A stretch of 48,336 nucleotides of DNA from a virus. Lineage: Duplodnaviria; Heunggongvirae; Uroviricota; Caudoviricetes. The notes beneath the pieces were generated by a model. That model was not told the origin of the DNA, did not search any database, and saw only the letters and a program-made list of their open reading frames with translations. A program made the position numbers and the translations under genes. Shown in pieces: positions 10,710-22,300 of the stretch (the first letter of the stretch is position 1; the number at the start of each line of letters is the position of its first letter). The DNA is taken from IMG/VR virus record IMGVR_UViG_2874968258_000013. The stretch is one strand, 5' to 3'.

Positions 10710-11192
10710 TCAGTGCGCCAGAGACGTGTTGCTGTGGCGACCGTCATCACTTCCGGTCAGCACATCGTGCGTTTTCCCCTTATTGTCAGTTACGCGGATA
10801 TAATCCCCGGAAAAAGTCGACACACGGCTGTAAGCCACACCCGCCATCGCATACGCGCTGAACCATTCATTCACGCGCACAGACGGCCCCGCCATCACGC
10901 TGAACCAGCGGTTACGCACGGAATCTTCATGCCAGCGGGTATCGCTGTAACGGGTCAGCTGGCGATTCTTGTCTCCTGCATAGCTGAATGACGTCACCAG
11001 CCCCAGCGTATCCGTAAACTCATAACGGTATTTCACGTTAATCCCGTTCAGATCATCACTGCCGGGAACGTTGGTCCGGGCATGAAGATACCCCGCGCTC
11101 AGCGTGGACTGATGTTCAGACGCCCATGCAGGCGCACCGGATACGGCCAGGCAAATGGCTGCGGACAAAATGGCTGCACAAACTTTACGCAT
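10710..11192 (-). CDS. lom: Lom-like outer membrane protein (Ail/Lom family), C-terminally altered
   Basis: signal peptide plus Lom-like beta-barrel sequence; ORF ends at 160 aa while conserved C-terminal strand WRTDGFIVGVGYKF is encoded out of frame just downstream. Confidence 0.7.
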   Translation of the reverse strand: MRKVCAAILSAAICLAVSGAPAWASEHQSTLSAGYLHARTNVPGSDDLNGINVKYRYEFTDTLGLVTSFSYAGDKNRQLTRYSDTRWHEDSVRNRWFSVMAGPSVRVNEWFSAYAMAGVAYSRVSTFSGDYIRVTDNKGKTHDVLTGSDDGRHSNTSLAH

Positions 11193-11262
11193 AATTACCT
11201 CTCGCTTTTCTGCAATAAAAAAGGCGTCATTCCTGACGCCATTTATTGGGGTTATAAATATT

Positions 11263-14200
11263 TCAACGAATACTGATGCCGGAAGCCGCTTTTTTGGTCA
11301 CAATCACCGTACAGTCGGTGATATTGCCTGCCCCCTGATTGCCTTTCTGGAAAATCTTAAACTCCAGAGTGACGCTACCACCACCACTAGGCATATCAAT
11401 AACTGCACTGTAACTACCGGGAATGGCACCTTTAGTTTCTCTGGATGCGATTAATACGCCGTTTTTGCGAACTTCAAAACCATAACCCGTGTATCGCGTG
11501 CCTCCTGGGTTATTTCCGCTCCCCGGATCGTCATACGCTATACCGTTAAAAATAATGGGCGGAATAATAATCTGGCGGTCAAAGTTATGATCATCGCTTA
11601 TGGTGACTGTAACCGTCCCGTTTGGTGTTTCCGTGTTACCCCACGTACCAGCCTGTTTCGGAAATGATTTGGATACAGCTTTAACGAAGTCACCTCTGAC
11701 CTGAGTCGCCTCCAGCATGCCCTTAATCGTACAGTTTTCATTTACCGTGACATTGTTGAGCGTCCCGGCGTTCGCATTCACACTGCCACTGATATCCGCA
11801 TTTTTAGCGGTCAGCTTTCCGTCCGGAGTCAGGGAAAATGCCGATGGATTTCCACCGCTGGTAATGGTGGGGGCCGTCAGGCGTTTCAGGAACACGTCGT
11901 TCATGAATATCTGATCGCCCTGACCAACAAACATCGGTTTTGTGTTGCCATTCGCAGGATTAACCATCGCAATCCTGTCCGCCGCCAGCAGCACCTGACT
12001 CTGCATGCCGTCAGGGGTGTTCTCAATACCGGCACCAATACCCGCGATATAAAGGCGTCCGTCCTGCATCTGCTGCAGCTTCACAGCCCACATGCTGTTC
12101 AGGTTATTATTTGTATCAACCTGAACCTTCTGTATCTGCTGAATTGCCGCACTCTGGTCTTCCAGTTTCTTATTGACGGTCTGCGTGATTTCATTGCTGA
12201 CATCCGTAATGGACGTCCTGATTTCAGCCAGGTCAGGCGCAAGCTGACCGTTATCAATCTGCGTCCACAGCTCCTGAGCCAGATGGGTTTTCCCTATCTC
12301 GCCTTTGAAAAAATCCAGATAACCGGATGCATCATCACTCGGCTGACCGACAGCCTCCACGAATGCCGATTTGCCAACGGTGTTCACACTGCGGATATAA
12401 AAGTAATAATCATGGCCCGGTTTGATATTGATACTGGCGGCTATCCAGTACAGCGCCGTGCCAAGATAGCGTGCTGTGGTTTCAACCTGCCTGATATCCG
12501 CAATCCGCTTTTCCGAGAACCAGAACTCAAACTGTACCGTCGGATCATAAACCGCAAGATGCGGCGTGGCGGTTATCTGAAAATAGCCCGGCGTCAGCTC
12601 AATCCGCGACAGCGCTGCCGGTGCGGCAATCCGGAACGATACCGACGCCGGATCGCCCTGCTGCCCCCACGCATTTACTGCCCGGACTGTCAGCCTGTAG
12701 TTCCCCAGCGCCAGTTGTGTGAAGCGGTAAGTGGTTTCCGTCGTCCGGGCCGTGCTGACCAGCCGCTCACTGCCGTCATCCGCTGTTACGGTCAGACGGA
12801 GCAGGAAGCTCACGCCCTTCACCACCTTCGGCGTGTCCCAGCGCGCCAGCACCTGATATTCCCCGCTGTCTGCGGTGACTTCGGCAGTCAGGTGCTGCAC
12901 CGCTGGCGGCGTGACACCATTCACCGTGCCGCTCTGGTCGCCGTCAAAGTGCGCCCCGTTATCCACGATGGCTTCTTTTTCCGGCACATGCTGCACGGCG
13001 GTGATGGCATACGTGCCGTCGTCGTTCTCACGGATACTCACGCAGCGGAACAATCGCTGGTGCAGCGTCGGCAGCTTCAGCCCCCACACGCTGTATTCAG
13101 CAACACCGTCAGGAACACGGCTCACTTTTACCTTCACGCCGTCGGTGACGGACTGGACCTCCACGCTGACCGGATTCCCCTGCCCGTCAACCAGGCTTAT
13201 CAGCGTGGTGCCGGAGGATGGCAGCGTGATTTCACGGTCGAGCGTCAGCGTCCGGGTCTGGCTGTTCACCGCCAGCACGCGCCCGCCGGTGCGGATACCG
13301 GCATAGTCATCATCGCAGATTTCAATGACATCGCCCGGTACATGACGAAGCCCTTCAGCACCCACGCTGAAATCCACGGTCTGCGTCTCCAGCAGTTCCG
13401 TTTTAATCAGCCACAGCCCGGCGCGGTGTGCCTGCCCCCGGCTGGTACAGCCAAAGGCATCCATCTTCGTGACGTTACGACCGTAACGGACAATGGCCTG
13501 CGTATCCTCCACAAGCTCTGTCGCCGTCTCCCAGCCGTTATCCGGGTCAATCCAGTTCACCTCAACGGCATTATGGCGGTCTTTCAGGGCGCTGAAACTG
13601 TAGCGGAACGGCGCGCCATCATCCGGCATCACCACATTACTGCGGTTATAGGCCCACACCTTATCCGACTGTCGGTCCTGCACGAACGTCAGCGTCTGCC
13701 CGTTCCATACCGGCATACAGCGCATCGCCGAGCAGAAATCACTGAGCACATCCCACGCCTTGCGCTGTGTGGTCAGCCAGGCATTACAGGTGATGCGCGG
13801 CTCCGTGCTGCCAAAGCCGTCCGGCACCGACTGGTCACAGTACTGGCCGATGACATACAGCGCCCATTTATCCACATCTGCCGCACCAAGACGTTTCCCC
13901 ATGCCATAGCGCGGATGGGTCAGCATATCCCACAGACACCAGGCCATGTTGTTGCTGTATGCCGGTTTTAACGTTCCGTCCCAGATACCGCTGTATTGCC
14001 GCGTCTGCGGATTATAGTTCGACGGCACCTGCAGAATGCGCCCGCGAAGATGATAATTACGGCTCACCTGCTGGCTGCCGAACTGCTCCGAATCCACCTG
14101 TACGCCGACCAGTGCCGTGTTCGGGTAGCACTGTTTCACATCGATGATTTCGGTGTATGACGACCAGAGCGTTTTGTTCTGCAGCTGGTCTGTGGTGCTG

Positions 14201-14760
14201 TCCGGCGTCATTCTGCGCATCCGGATATTAAACGGGCGCGGCGGCAGGTTATCCACCACCACCGAGGCCAGATACTGCGAGGTGGTTTTGCCCTTAATGG
14301 TGATGTCTTTTTCCGTCACCCAGCCACCGTTACGCTGTATCTGAACCAGCAGGCGAACTTCAGACGGATTCCTGTCTCCCTTTGAGGTGGTTTCCACCAG
14401 TGCCTGTACACCGAAGGTAAAACGCAGTCGGTCAATGTTTGCCGACGTGATGGTCCGGGTGATCGGCGTGTCATATTTCACTTCCGTACCCAGCACCGTC
14501 TCGGAGCCGGAGGATTCAAATCCCTCCGGCGGTGACTGCTCCTGCTCACCTGCCCGGAACACCACCGTGACGCCGGAGATGTTGGTATTCCCCTCACTGT
14601 CCAGCACCGGCGTACTGTTCAGCAGCACGCTTTTTAATCCATCCACCGGACCTTCAACCGGCCCTTCGCTGATGGCATCGATCACACTCAGCAGCTGCGT
14701 GGACTTCAGGTTGTCCTTCGCTTCGCGCGGGGTATGCCCCTTACTGCTGCCTTTACCCAT
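11263..14760 (-). CDS. J: tail tip / host specificity protein J
   Basis: 1165 aa, N-terminal 900+ aa recalled as near-identical to lambda J. Confidence 0.92.
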   Translation of the reverse strand: MGKGSSKGHTPREAKDNLKSTQLLSVIDAISEGPVEGPVDGLKSVLLNSTPVLDSEGNTNISGVTVVFRAGEQEQSPPEGFESSGSETVLGTEVKYDTPITRTITSANIDRLRFTFGVQALVETTSKGDRNPSEVRLLVQIQRNGGWVTEKDITIKGKTTSQYLASVVVDNLPPRPFNIRMRRMTPDSTTDQLQNKTLWSSYTEIIDVKQCYPNTALVGVQVDSEQFGSQQVSRNYHLRGRILQVPSNYNPQTRQYSGIWDGTLKPAYSNNMAWCLWDMLTHPRYGMGKRLGAADVDKWALYVIGQYCDQSVPDGFGSTEPRITCNAWLTTQRKAWDVLSDFCSAMRCMPVWNGQTLTFVQDRQSDKVWAYNRSNVVMPDDGAPFRYSFSALKDRHNAVEVNWIDPDNGWETATELVEDTQAIVRYGRNVTKMDAFGCTSRGQAHRAGLWLIKTELLETQTVDFSVGAEGLRHVPGDVIEICDDDYAGIRTGGRVLAVNSQTRTLTLDREITLPSSGTTLISLVDGQGNPVSVEVQSVTDGVKVKVSRVPDGVAEYSVWGLKLPTLHQRLFRCVSIRENDDGTYAITAVQHVPEKEAIVDNGAHFDGDQSGTVNGVTPPAVQHLTAEVTADSGEYQVLARWDTPKVVKGVSFLLRLTVTADDGSERLVSTARTTETTYRFTQLALGNYRLTVRAVNAWGQQGDPASVSFRIAAPAALSRIELTPGYFQITATPHLAVYDPTVQFEFWFSEKRIADIRQVETTARYLGTALYWIAASINIKPGHDYYFYIRSVNTVGKSAFVEAVGQPSDDASGYLDFFKGEIGKTHLAQELWTQIDNGQLAPDLAEIRTSITDVSNEITQTVNKKLEDQSAAIQQIQKVQVDTNNNLNSMWAVKLQQMQDGRLYIAGIGAGIENTPDGMQSQVLLAADRIAMVNPANGNTKPMFVGQGDQIFMNDVFLKRLTAPTITSGGNPSAFSLTPDGKLTAKNADISGSVNANAGTLNNVTVNENCTIKGMLEATQVRGDFVKAVSKSFPKQAGTWGNTETPNGTVTVTISDDHNFDRQIIIPPIIFNGIAYDDPGSGNNPGGTRYTGYGFEVRKNGVLIASRETKGAIPGSYSAVIDMPSGGGSVTLEFKIFQKGNQGAGNITDCTVIVTKKAASGISIR

Positions 14761-14820
14761 TCGTCATGCTCCATAAACGATAAAACCGCCCGGAGGCGAT
14801 TTCACATAAAACATTTTGCA

Positions 14821-15492
14821 TCAGCGACCAATCACCACAACCTGACCACCGTCCCCTTCGTCTGCCGTGCTGATCTCCTGAGATACCACACGTGACCCCA
14901 CGCGCATTTCACCATACAGAACAGGCATAACATTGCCCTGGGCAACCATGTTATCCAGTGAGGAGAAATAGATGTTCTGCTTACCGTTATCCGTTGTCTG
15001 TGTGCGGGGAGTTCTGGCTTTCGGTGCCAGCATCTGAGCCACACCGCCGAGCACCATACTGGCACCGAGAGAAAACAGAATGCCGGTCATACCACCGGCA
15101 CCAATGGCAGCCCCCCATGCTGCAAGGGTGGCTCCGGCGGTAAAGAATGATCCGGCAATGGCGGCTGCTCCCAGGACAATCTGGAATACACCACCTGACT
15201 TGGCCCCGGCGACTCTGGGAACAATATGAATCACAGCGCCGTCAGGCAGAGCCTCATGTAACTGCGCCGTTAATCCGGACGTGCTAACATCCTGCCCGGC
15301 AATACGCACCTGATACCAGCCGTCGCTCAGCTTCTGACGAAACGCAGGGAGCTGTGTGGCCATCGCCCGGATGGCTTCGGCACCCGTTTTCACACGAAGG
15401 TCGATGCGGCGGCCAAATCGTTGCAAATCCCCGTAAAGGCAGATGCGTGCCATGCCCGGTGACGCCAGAGGGAGTGTGTGCGTCGCTGCCAT
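14821..15492 (-). CDS. I: tail assembly protein I
   Basis: 223 aa MAATHTLPLASPGMARICLYGDL..., lambda I-like. Confidence 0.9.
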   Translation of the reverse strand: MAATHTLPLASPGMARICLYGDLQRFGRRIDLRVKTGAEAIRAMATQLPAFRQKLSDGWYQVRIAGQDVSTSGLTAQLHEALPDGAVIHIVPRVAGAKSGGVFQIVLGAAAIAGSFFTAGATLAAWGAAIGAGGMTGILFSLGASMVLGGVAQMLAPKARTPRTQTTDNGKQNIYFSSLDNMVAQGNVMPVLYGEMRVGSRVVSQEISTADEGDGGQVVVIGR

Positions 15493-16133
15493 TTGTCGGT
15501 ATACCTCTCTCGTTTGCTCAGTTGTTCAGGAATATGGTGCAGCAGCTCGCCGTCACCACAGTAAATGGCGGCATGATTCGGCACCGATGAACCAAAACAG
15601 CACAGCAGCACATCGCCCGGCTGCGCCGCTGACAACGGCACCTGATACAGCCCTGTGGCCTCCAGATTATCCAGATAGAGATTCTGACCGTGACGCCACC
15701 AGTCATCCTCACGATGAAAATCCGGCATCTCAATCCCCGCCAGATGGTAAGCATCCCGGAACAGCGTGTAACAGTCCGTCACCCCGTGCTCAAAGCGCCG
15801 CCCGGTAAGATGTGGCACACAGCGGAACTTGTGAATCGCCCCCCGGCAGACCAGCCACCACGGCAAATCACTCTGCACCTGCAGCCGCCGGTCGGCCTCA
15901 CTCAGCCAGGGCAGACCACCGGGGTGGCTGTGGACCAGTGCCACAATCTCACCCTGCATCTCTGCCTGCAGCCAGTCTTCCGGCGACATACGGAAATACG
16001 CCTCCGGCTCACCGGAGATATTCACGCAGGGGAAATATCTTTCCCCCTCCGGCGTTCTTACCACGAAGCCGCACGACTCCGCTGGAGCACATCGCCGGGC
16101 GTGCGCCAGAATCGCTGATTCTGTCTCTGTCAT
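15390..16133 (-). CDS. K: tail tip assembly protein K (JAMM/MPN plus NlpC/P60 domains)
   Basis: HSHPGG...SEAD JAMM motif and Cys-containing NlpC/P60 region; ORF opens right after L; classical 199-aa lambda K start would be the internal Met at 15989. Confidence 0.85.
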   Translation of the reverse strand: MTETESAILAHARRCAPAESCGFVVRTPEGERYFPCVNISGEPEAYFRMSPEDWLQAEMQGEIVALVHSHPGGLPWLSEADRRLQVQSDLPWWLVCRGAIHKFRCVPHLTGRRFEHGVTDCYTLFRDAYHLAGIEMPDFHREDDWWRHGQNLYLDNLEATGLYQVPLSAAQPGDVLLCCFGSSVPNHAAIYCGDGELLHHIPEQLSKRERYTDKWQRRTHSLWRHRAWHASAFTGICNDLAAASTFV

Positions 16134-16138
16134 GGGAT

Positions 16139-16837
16139 TTACTGCGAAAGTTTGTTAATGGAAAGGAAGCCGCCAAAGTTGCCGACGTTATTGCGAAACT
16201 TACAGCCACTCAGGCATTTGCTGCATTTATCCTTCGTGATGTCGGACGTTGGCTGGTCATATTCATCCGCGACCGCCGGACCGTGATAACCGCACTCATC
16301 GCCGCGATAGGTCCAGGTGCAGGTGTTGGCCAGCATGATACGTCCCGGAAAAACAGCGCCATCTGTTTCCGTCGGCGTGGACAGTACAAAAGAGGCACTC
16401 ACCGCGCTCAGTTCGCTGCACTGCTCAATGCGCCAGCGGCTGATCACCTCCTGCTCCGGATCGGCGTCACTGTTTCCGTTGACGAAGTTCACCGCATCCA
16501 GAAAACGGGCGTAAACCTTACGCCGGACCACCGTTCCGCCGACCAGACTCTGTAGATCTTCCGCCATCCCGGTGACCATACCGTACAGGTTAGAAACCAT
16601 CAGCGTGGGGCGCGTACTGGTGCCTTTGCCATTCAGTTCAAAACCACTCCCCTGAATGGGATACGGCTGATACTGTCGCCCCTGCCAGGTGACCGGCTCA
16701 CCTTTTTCGTTCTGCTCATTACAGAAAAAATAACGTTCTCCACCGACCTCTGTCAGATCGATTTCCCAGAGCACCACGCTGGCCGACTGCTCCGCACGGG
16801 TGCATTCATTCAGTGTTTCCTGCCGGATATCCTGCAT
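16139..16837 (-). CDS. L: tail tip protein L
   Basis: 232 aa, lambda L-like with C-terminal Cys cluster. Confidence 0.9.
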   Translation of the reverse strand: MQDIRQETLNECTRAEQSASVVLWEIDLTEVGGERYFFCNEQNEKGEPVTWQGRQYQPYPIQGSGFELNGKGTSTRPTLMVSNLYGMVTGMAEDLQSLVGGTVVRRKVYARFLDAVNFVNGNSDADPEQEVISRWRIEQCSELSAVSASFVLSTPTETDGAVFPGRIMLANTCTWTYRGDECGYHGPAVADEYDQPTSDITKDKCSKCLSGCKFRNNVGNFGGFLSINKLSQ

Positions 16838-17166
16838 CAGTTCACCACCTGTTCAAACTCTGCGCTGAACTCAACACGCAGCATACTGACCCGCGACGAC
16901 CATTTTGCGCAGGTCACCTTTATCTGCCGCCACTCATAAGGCGGCGTCCACAGAAAGGCTTTCCAGCCCCCGTGCTCTTCCAGAAACGACTCCAGTACCA
17001 TGGCCTCCTCACGGGGGACAGAAAGCGTCACGCTGTACGTTTTCAGGTTGGCATTCAGCCCGGCAGGCGCTCGCTGGGAATAGCCATCACCAAAGCGCAC
17101 CTTTCTTACAGAAGGGGCCGAAGCCACATCCATACCGGGTTTCACTTTCCAGCGGAAGGTTTTCAT
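16837..17166 (-). CDS. M: tail tip protein M
   Basis: 109 aa, lambda M-like. Confidence 0.9.
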   Translation of the reverse strand: MKTFRWKVKPGMDVASAPSVRKVRFGDGYSQRAPAGLNANLKTYSVTLSVPREEAMVLESFLEEHGGWKAFLWTPPYEWRQIKVTCAKWSSRVSMLRVEFSAEFEQVVN

Positions 17167-19724
17167 CGTCCACCTCCGGAGAACAGGCCACCATCACGCA
17201 TCTGTGTCTGAATTTCATCACGGGCACCCTTGCGGGCCATGTCATACACGGCCTTCATCATCTGTGGACCTGGCAGACCATTCGTACCGTCGTTCTGAAT
17301 CACCACGTGATTGTTCTGATTAAAATTAATGCCTTCAGCCCGCCGCATCTGCGCCGGACTTCCGGCACCGCCCACATAACCACCTTCCGCATAGCCGCGC
17401 ATCAGCCGGTAGAGATTCCCCACGCCAATCCGGCTGGTTGCCTCCTTCGTGAAGACAAATTCACCACGGTGAACAATCCCCGCTGGCTCATATTTGCCGC
17501 CGGTTCCCGTAAATCCCCCGGTTGCAAAATGGAATTTCGCCGCAGCGGCCTGAATGGCTGTACCACCTGACGCGGATGCGCCGCCACCAACAGCCCCGCC
17601 AATGGCGCTGCCGATACTCCCGACAATCCCCACCATTGCCTGCTTAAGCAGAATTTCTGTCATCATGGACAGCACGGAGCGGGTGAAGCTGCGCCAGTTC
17701 TGTTCACTGCCGGTCAGCATCGCCGCCATATTCTGTGCAATACCATCAAAGGTCTGCGTGGCTGCACTTTTAACCTGTGACATACTGTCCGTGGCGCTCT
17801 CTTCCCACTCACTCCAGCCGGACTTCAGGCCTGCCATCCAGCTCCCGCGAAGCTGGTCTTCAGCCGCCCAGGTCTTTTTCTGCTCTGACATGACGTTATT
17901 CAGCGCCAGAGGATTATCGCCATACTGTTCCTTCAGGCGCTGTTCCGTGGCTTCCCGCGCTGCCTGCCGGTCAGTCAGCCCCCGGTTTTTCGCATCAATG
18001 GCTGCCCGTTTTGCCCGTTGCTGCTGTGCGAATTTATCCGCCTGCTGCGCCAGCGCATTCAGGTGCTCCTGATACGTAACCTTGTCACCAAGTGCAGCCA
18101 GCTGGCGTTTGTACTCCAGCGTCTCGTCTTTATGCGCCAGCAGGGATTTCTCCTGTGCGGACAGCTGGCGACGTTGTGCCGCCTCCTCCAGTACCGCGAA
18201 CTGACTTTCTGCCTTCCACAAATCCCGGCGCTGCTGGCTGATTTTCTCATTCGCTCCGGCATGCTTCTCCAGCGTCCGGAGTTCTGCCTGAAGCGTCAGC
18301 AGGGCCGCATGAGCACTGTCTTCCTGACGATCGCCCGCATACACCTTCACGCCGGACTGTTTCGGCTTTTTCAGCGTCGCTTCATAATCCTTTTTCGCCG
18401 CCGCCATCAGCGTGTTGTAATCTGCCTGCAGGATTTTTCCGTCTTTCAGTGCCTTGTTCAGTTCTTCCTGACGGGCGGTATATTTCTCCAGCGGCGTCTG
18501 CAGCCGTTCGTAAGCCTTCTGCGCCTCTTCGGTATATTTCAGCCGTGACGCTTCGGTATCGCTCTGCTGCTGCGCATTTTTGTCCTGTTGACGCTGTTGA
18601 TCTACCCTCTTTTGGGCTGCATCCCGCTCCAGGCGTTTTTTTTCACGATCATCCCAGTAACGCGCCCGTGCTTCATCGTTAACGAAATAATCATCCTTGC
18701 GCAGATTCCAGATGTCGTCTGCTTTCTTAAACGCAGCCTCTGCCTTAATCAGCATCTCCTGCGCGGTATCAGGACGACCAATATCCAGCACCGCATCCCA
18801 CATGGATTTGAATGCACGTGCAGTCCTGTCTGCCCAGGTCTCCAGCGTGCCCATGTTCTCTTTCAGGCGGCGGGTCTGGTCATCAAACCCTTTCGTTGCG
18901 GCCTCGTTCGCCGCCTGCAATGCCCCGGCTTCATCGCCGGAACGCTGCAACTGAGCAACATACGCAATCTGCTCCGCCGTCACGTTATGGAACTGGCGTG
19001 CCATCGCCGTCAGCCCCGACGTCGGGTCTGTGGTCAGCTTCCCGAAGGCTTCAGCGACCTTGTCCACCTCCACGCCGGATGCAGAGGAGAAACGCGCCAC
19101 ACTCTGGCTGATGGACGCAATCTGAGCCTCACCGCTTACCCCCGCCTTAACCAGTGCGCTGAGTGACTCGCTGGTCTGGTTAAACGTCAGCCCTGCCGCC
19201 TGCCCGGCTCTGGACAGGACCAGCATACGATCTGCCGTCAGTCCCGCCTGATTACCGGAAAGGACCAGCGTTTTGTTGAAATCGGACAGGGTTGAGTTGC
19301 CCTGATACCAGGCATACGCCAGCGCACCGGTCGCCACCGCCAGCGAGGTGGCCCCCACCATCGGCAGGGTGATCGCGCCGGCAAGCCCCCTGAACATGGG
19401 GATCATCCCGCCGAAGGAGTCCTTAACCTGACCACCCTGTTGCAGCAGGATCAGCCAGGGATTCTGCCCCCCTGCAAGCTGCGTGGCCACGTCGGTGAAC
19501 TGTGCAGGCAGCATACGCATGGCGGCTTTATACTGCCCGACGGAAATCCCCGCTTTCTGTGCAGCCAGCGCCTGTCGGCTCAGCGACTGTTCAACGACTG
19601 CCGCTGTTTTTTTCGCATCACTTTCCGTACCGGAAAAATGACGCCTGACTCTGGCCATCTGCTCGTCAAATCTGGCCGCATCCAGACTCAAATCAACGAC
19701 CAGATCGCCTACCGGTTCAGCCAT
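17163..19724 (-). CDS. H: tail tape measure protein H
   Basis: 853 aa, coiled-coil-rich, lambda H-like. Confidence 0.92.
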   Translation of the reverse strand: MAEPVGDLVVDLSLDAARFDEQMARVRRHFSGTESDAKKTAAVVEQSLSRQALAAQKAGISVGQYKAAMRMLPAQFTDVATQLAGGQNPWLILLQQGGQVKDSFGGMIPMFRGLAGAITLPMVGATSLAVATGALAYAWYQGNSTLSDFNKTLVLSGNQAGLTADRMLVLSRAGQAAGLTFNQTSESLSALVKAGVSGEAQIASISQSVARFSSASGVEVDKVAEAFGKLTTDPTSGLTAMARQFHNVTAEQIAYVAQLQRSGDEAGALQAANEAATKGFDDQTRRLKENMGTLETWADRTARAFKSMWDAVLDIGRPDTAQEMLIKAEAAFKKADDIWNLRKDDYFVNDEARARYWDDREKKRLERDAAQKRVDQQRQQDKNAQQQSDTEASRLKYTEEAQKAYERLQTPLEKYTARQEELNKALKDGKILQADYNTLMAAAKKDYEATLKKPKQSGVKVYAGDRQEDSAHAALLTLQAELRTLEKHAGANEKISQQRRDLWKAESQFAVLEEAAQRRQLSAQEKSLLAHKDETLEYKRQLAALGDKVTYQEHLNALAQQADKFAQQQRAKRAAIDAKNRGLTDRQAAREATEQRLKEQYGDNPLALNNVMSEQKKTWAAEDQLRGSWMAGLKSGWSEWEESATDSMSQVKSAATQTFDGIAQNMAAMLTGSEQNWRSFTRSVLSMMTEILLKQAMVGIVGSIGSAIGGAVGGGASASGGTAIQAAAAKFHFATGGFTGTGGKYEPAGIVHRGEFVFTKEATSRIGVGNLYRLMRGYAEGGYVGGAGSPAQMRRAEGINFNQNNHVVIQNDGTNGLPGPQMMKAVYDMARKGARDEIQTQMRDGGLFSGGGR

Positions 19725-20157
19725 ACCGGACTCCTCCTGCGATCCCTTCTGATACTGTCATCAGCATTACGTCATCCTCCGTCATGTCCGCCACATCCGG
19801 GGAAGCGGGGATAACTTCATTCCCGTCCGGGCCAAAGCGGACACCTCCGGCAAGCCCTGCCGCTTTCTGCATCAGCACATCATCTTCAGGCTCTTCGTCA
19901 GCCTCGCGCCGGTTCAGCAGACTGAAATCCAGCGGATGCATCTCCGGATCGCTGAAAAACAGGCTGAGCACGGTGTACGTCAGCCCGGAAAAGTGCATAT
20001 CCAGCAGAACATCATGAAAATAATGGGTACTGTAAAAGCGGTGCCAGTCGGCATACTCCGTGGATGACATCCCGGCAAGCATGGCGCGCCAGTCGGGTCG
20101 CCCCATCTCACGCGCCAGTTTCAGGGCAAAACTCAGCTCACCGTCGAACACTTTCCC
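19717..20157 (-). CDS. T: tail assembly chaperone T segment (made as G-T fusion by -1 frameshift)
   Basis: ORF in -1 frame relative to G beginning at the GGGAAAG slippery heptamer; lambda T-like sequence. Confidence 0.85.
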   Translation of the reverse strand, partial: GKVFDGELSFALKLAREMGRPDWRAMLAGMSSTEYADWHRFYSTHYFHDVLLDMHFSGLTYTVLSLFFSDPEMHPLDFSLLNRREADEEPEDDVLMQKAAGLAGGVRFGPDGNEVIPASPDVADMTEDDVMLMTVSEGIAGGVRYG

Positions 20158-20555
20158 GCAGAAACAGGCTCTGCAGGCCCGGCGTCCTCTGCCTGTTCAG
20201 GAGCATCATTCACCACAAACTCATACATACCGGACAGCCGGTACACCACGTTTTCAGCATGAGAAATTGCCTCTGTGGGCCAGGTGGTAAGCACTTCCTG
20301 CTCAATCTGTTTAACGGCTTCATTCATGGACGGCATCTGCGTCTTCTTCGGATGGTTATGCCACAGGGACATCGCAACCACAAAAGCGCCGGTTCTGATG
20401 GCGTCTTCCACAGTAAACTTCCGGTTGCTGTCTGACTCCGCCTGTTCTGCCTGCCGTTTCATCAGGTCGAGATGCTCAATACGCTGCAGGGCTGACAGTT
20501 CAGAAAGCGTGACGGTCACACCGTTATGTTCAAATGATTCGGTTTTCAGGAACAT
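20133..20555 (-). CDS. G: tail assembly chaperone G
   Basis: 140 aa ending ...SAGKCSTVS, lambda G-like. Confidence 0.9.
   Translation of the reverse strand: MFLKTESFEHNGVTVTLSELSALQRIEHLDLMKRQAEQAESDSNRKFTVEDAIRTGAFVVAMSLWHNHPKKTQMPSMNEAVKQIEQEVLTTWPTEAISHAENVVYRLSGMYEFVVNDAPEQAEDAGPAEPVSAGKCSTVS
20151..20157 (-). promoter_or_regulatory. programmed -1 ribosomal frameshift slippery site G GGA AAG (G to G-T)
   Basis: heptamer GGGAAAG read on minus strand at the G/T frame junction. Confidence 0.85.
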
Positions 20556-20570
20556 CGCTGACTCTCCGGA

Positions 20571-21311
20571 TTAACTGGCGGTGACGTTGATTTCTGCAAC
20601 CGCAGCAAACTCACCATTACCAGATACGACCGGAATGTTGACCTTGCCTGCAGCAACACCTTTCACGGTGATGGTCATACCACTGACCGACACGGTGGCT
20701 TTTGTTTTATCCGCAGACACCGCACGGAAGCTCTTGTCGGTTGCGCCATCCGGCTGGAATGCCACGGTCAGCGTGGTGCTCTGCCCTTTCACTACGGAAG
20801 CACTGGCGGGTGTCACCGTCATGCCGGTCGTCGCCGTCACCGTGCTGCGATCTTCTGCCATCGACGGACGTCCCACATTGGTGACCTTCACCGTGCGGGT
20901 AATCACCTCCTTCGCCGTCACCGCCTTACCGATACTGCTGACCCAGCCACGGAACACATCGACCGTGCCGTTCGGGAAGCGGATTTTATAGGCACGGGTA
21001 TCACCTTCATTAAACCACGCCAGCAGCGCCTGCTGCCCCTGCTCTCCGGGCATCCACGCCAGCGTGAAGCTGGTATCTCCGGCAGATTTCTGCCCCTGCC
21101 CGGTCGCAGTCCAGTCTGCATCTTCATCATCGAGATAGCTGTCGTCATAGGACTCAGCGGTCAGTTCGCCGGGCGTCAGGTCTTTAACTTTTGCCAGACG
21201 CGACCAGTCAACGTCTGAAAGCGGGTTCGCATAAGGGTCACCGCTCCCCTTATAAACCCACAGGGTGGTCCCGGCACCTTTCACCGGCATTGTAGGATTT
21301 GGTACAGGCAT
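20571..21311 (-). CDS. V: major tail protein V
   Basis: 246 aa from [22 protein letters not shown]; C-terminal Ig-like region. Confidence 0.92.
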   Translation of the reverse strand: MPVPNPTMPVKGAGTTLWVYKGSGDPYANPLSDVDWSRLAKVKDLTPGELTAESYDDSYLDDEDADWTATGQGQKSAGDTSFTLAWMPGEQGQQALLAWFNEGDTRAYKIRFPNGTVDVFRGWVSSIGKAVTAKEVITRTVKVTNVGRPSMAEDRSTVTATTGMTVTPASASVVKGQSTTLTVAFQPDGATDKSFRAVSADKTKATVSVSGMTITVKGVAAGKVNIPVVSGNGEFAAVAEINVTAS

Positions 21312-21318
21312 AGCGTCC

Positions 21319-21714
21319 TCACATTTCATAGATAATGACATAAGTCAGATCGGCTGAACTCCACAGGCCCGCATCATCGTCGCGCCGGTAGTCATAGCCG
21401 CTGGCCACCATACTGGTGATCAAATCTGACAGTGCCGGGATATCGCTCATCACCGGATAAATCCGGGACTCCATCCACGAATCCAGCTCTGAATCCGGCA
21501 CCTGAGCAGGCAGGAAAACTTCAATATGCAGCTCCGCCTGCCAGGTATCGCTGTCCAGCTCTTCGCCCGTGTATTCAGCGCCGGTGAGATAAACGGCAAT
21601 TGCCGGAAAATCTTCCTCATCAAAAACAGCGGGGCGACCATCAAAAAGCGTCGCCCCGGTGTCATGCTTCTCCAGTGCATCCAGTACGGCTGCACGGAGT
21701 TCAGTATGTTTCAT
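21319..21714 (-). CDS. U: tail terminator protein U
   Basis: 131 aa, lambda U-like. Confidence 0.9.
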   Translation of the reverse strand: MKHTELRAAVLDALEKHDTGATLFDGRPAVFDEEDFPAIAVYLTGAEYTGEELDSDTWQAELHIEVFLPAQVPDSELDSWMESRIYPVMSDIPALSDLITSMVASGYDYRRDDDAGLWSSADLTYVIIYEM

Positions 21715-22289
21715 CGCTTTATTACCATTCTCAGTTGATGCTGCAGCGCATAGCCCAGCTCTTTCGGAAGACGTTCACGCCGTATCCGTTCAATATTCTG
21801 TTTAAACGCCGTGGTCAGCGGCACCGCCATCGGGATTTTCACCACATCAATGGGGTAACGGTTTTTCCCGGCCACACGCTGCATAACATGCCACCGGCCG
21901 TTTTTCAGTTGCTGAATAAACGCGCCGGGAATACGACGGTTACCCACCACAAGCACGCTGCCGCCACCTTTCAGGGATGAACGCTGCCCCTTTTTATGAC
22001 GCCTGCGGCGGGACAGGACAACCCGCGCATTACCCAGCTTGATTACGGGCAAATCCCCCCGGTTAACTTTGATTCTGGCCTGCGGATTTTTGACCGTGGC
22101 CCTTTTCAGCCTGGCCCTTTCCTTTACCAGTTTCCGGCGTACCTTTGTCTCACGGGCAACCTGTGACGCAGACTGCGATATCGCGGATGAAGCAACGCGG
22201 TTAATGGCCATTGCGGCGGCACCGGGCACCGCCGTTTTGCTGATACGGCTGAGGTTTTCAACGGCCTGCTCAAGACCTTTTATGGCCAT
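21711..22289 (-). CDS. Z: tail completion protein Z
   Basis: 192 aa, lambda Z-like. Confidence 0.88.
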   Translation of the reverse strand: MAIKGLEQAVENLSRISKTAVPGAAAMAINRVASSAISQSASQVARETKVRRKLVKERARLKRATVKNPQARIKVNRGDLPVIKLGNARVVLSRRRRHKKGQRSSLKGGGSVLVVGNRRIPGAFIQQLKNGRWHVMQRVAGKNRYPIDVVKIPMAVPLTTAFKQNIERIRRERLPKELGYALQHQLRMVIKR

Positions 22290-22300
22290 ACATCCCCCTT

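Noticed and set aside
12283-13971. 562-aa ORF on the plus strand
   Set aside because: Lies entirely antisense to the well-supported J gene; Arg/His-rich composition typical of a non-coding antisense frame.
17554-19166. ORFs of 170-190 aa on the plus strand
   Set aside because: Antisense to tape measure gene H.
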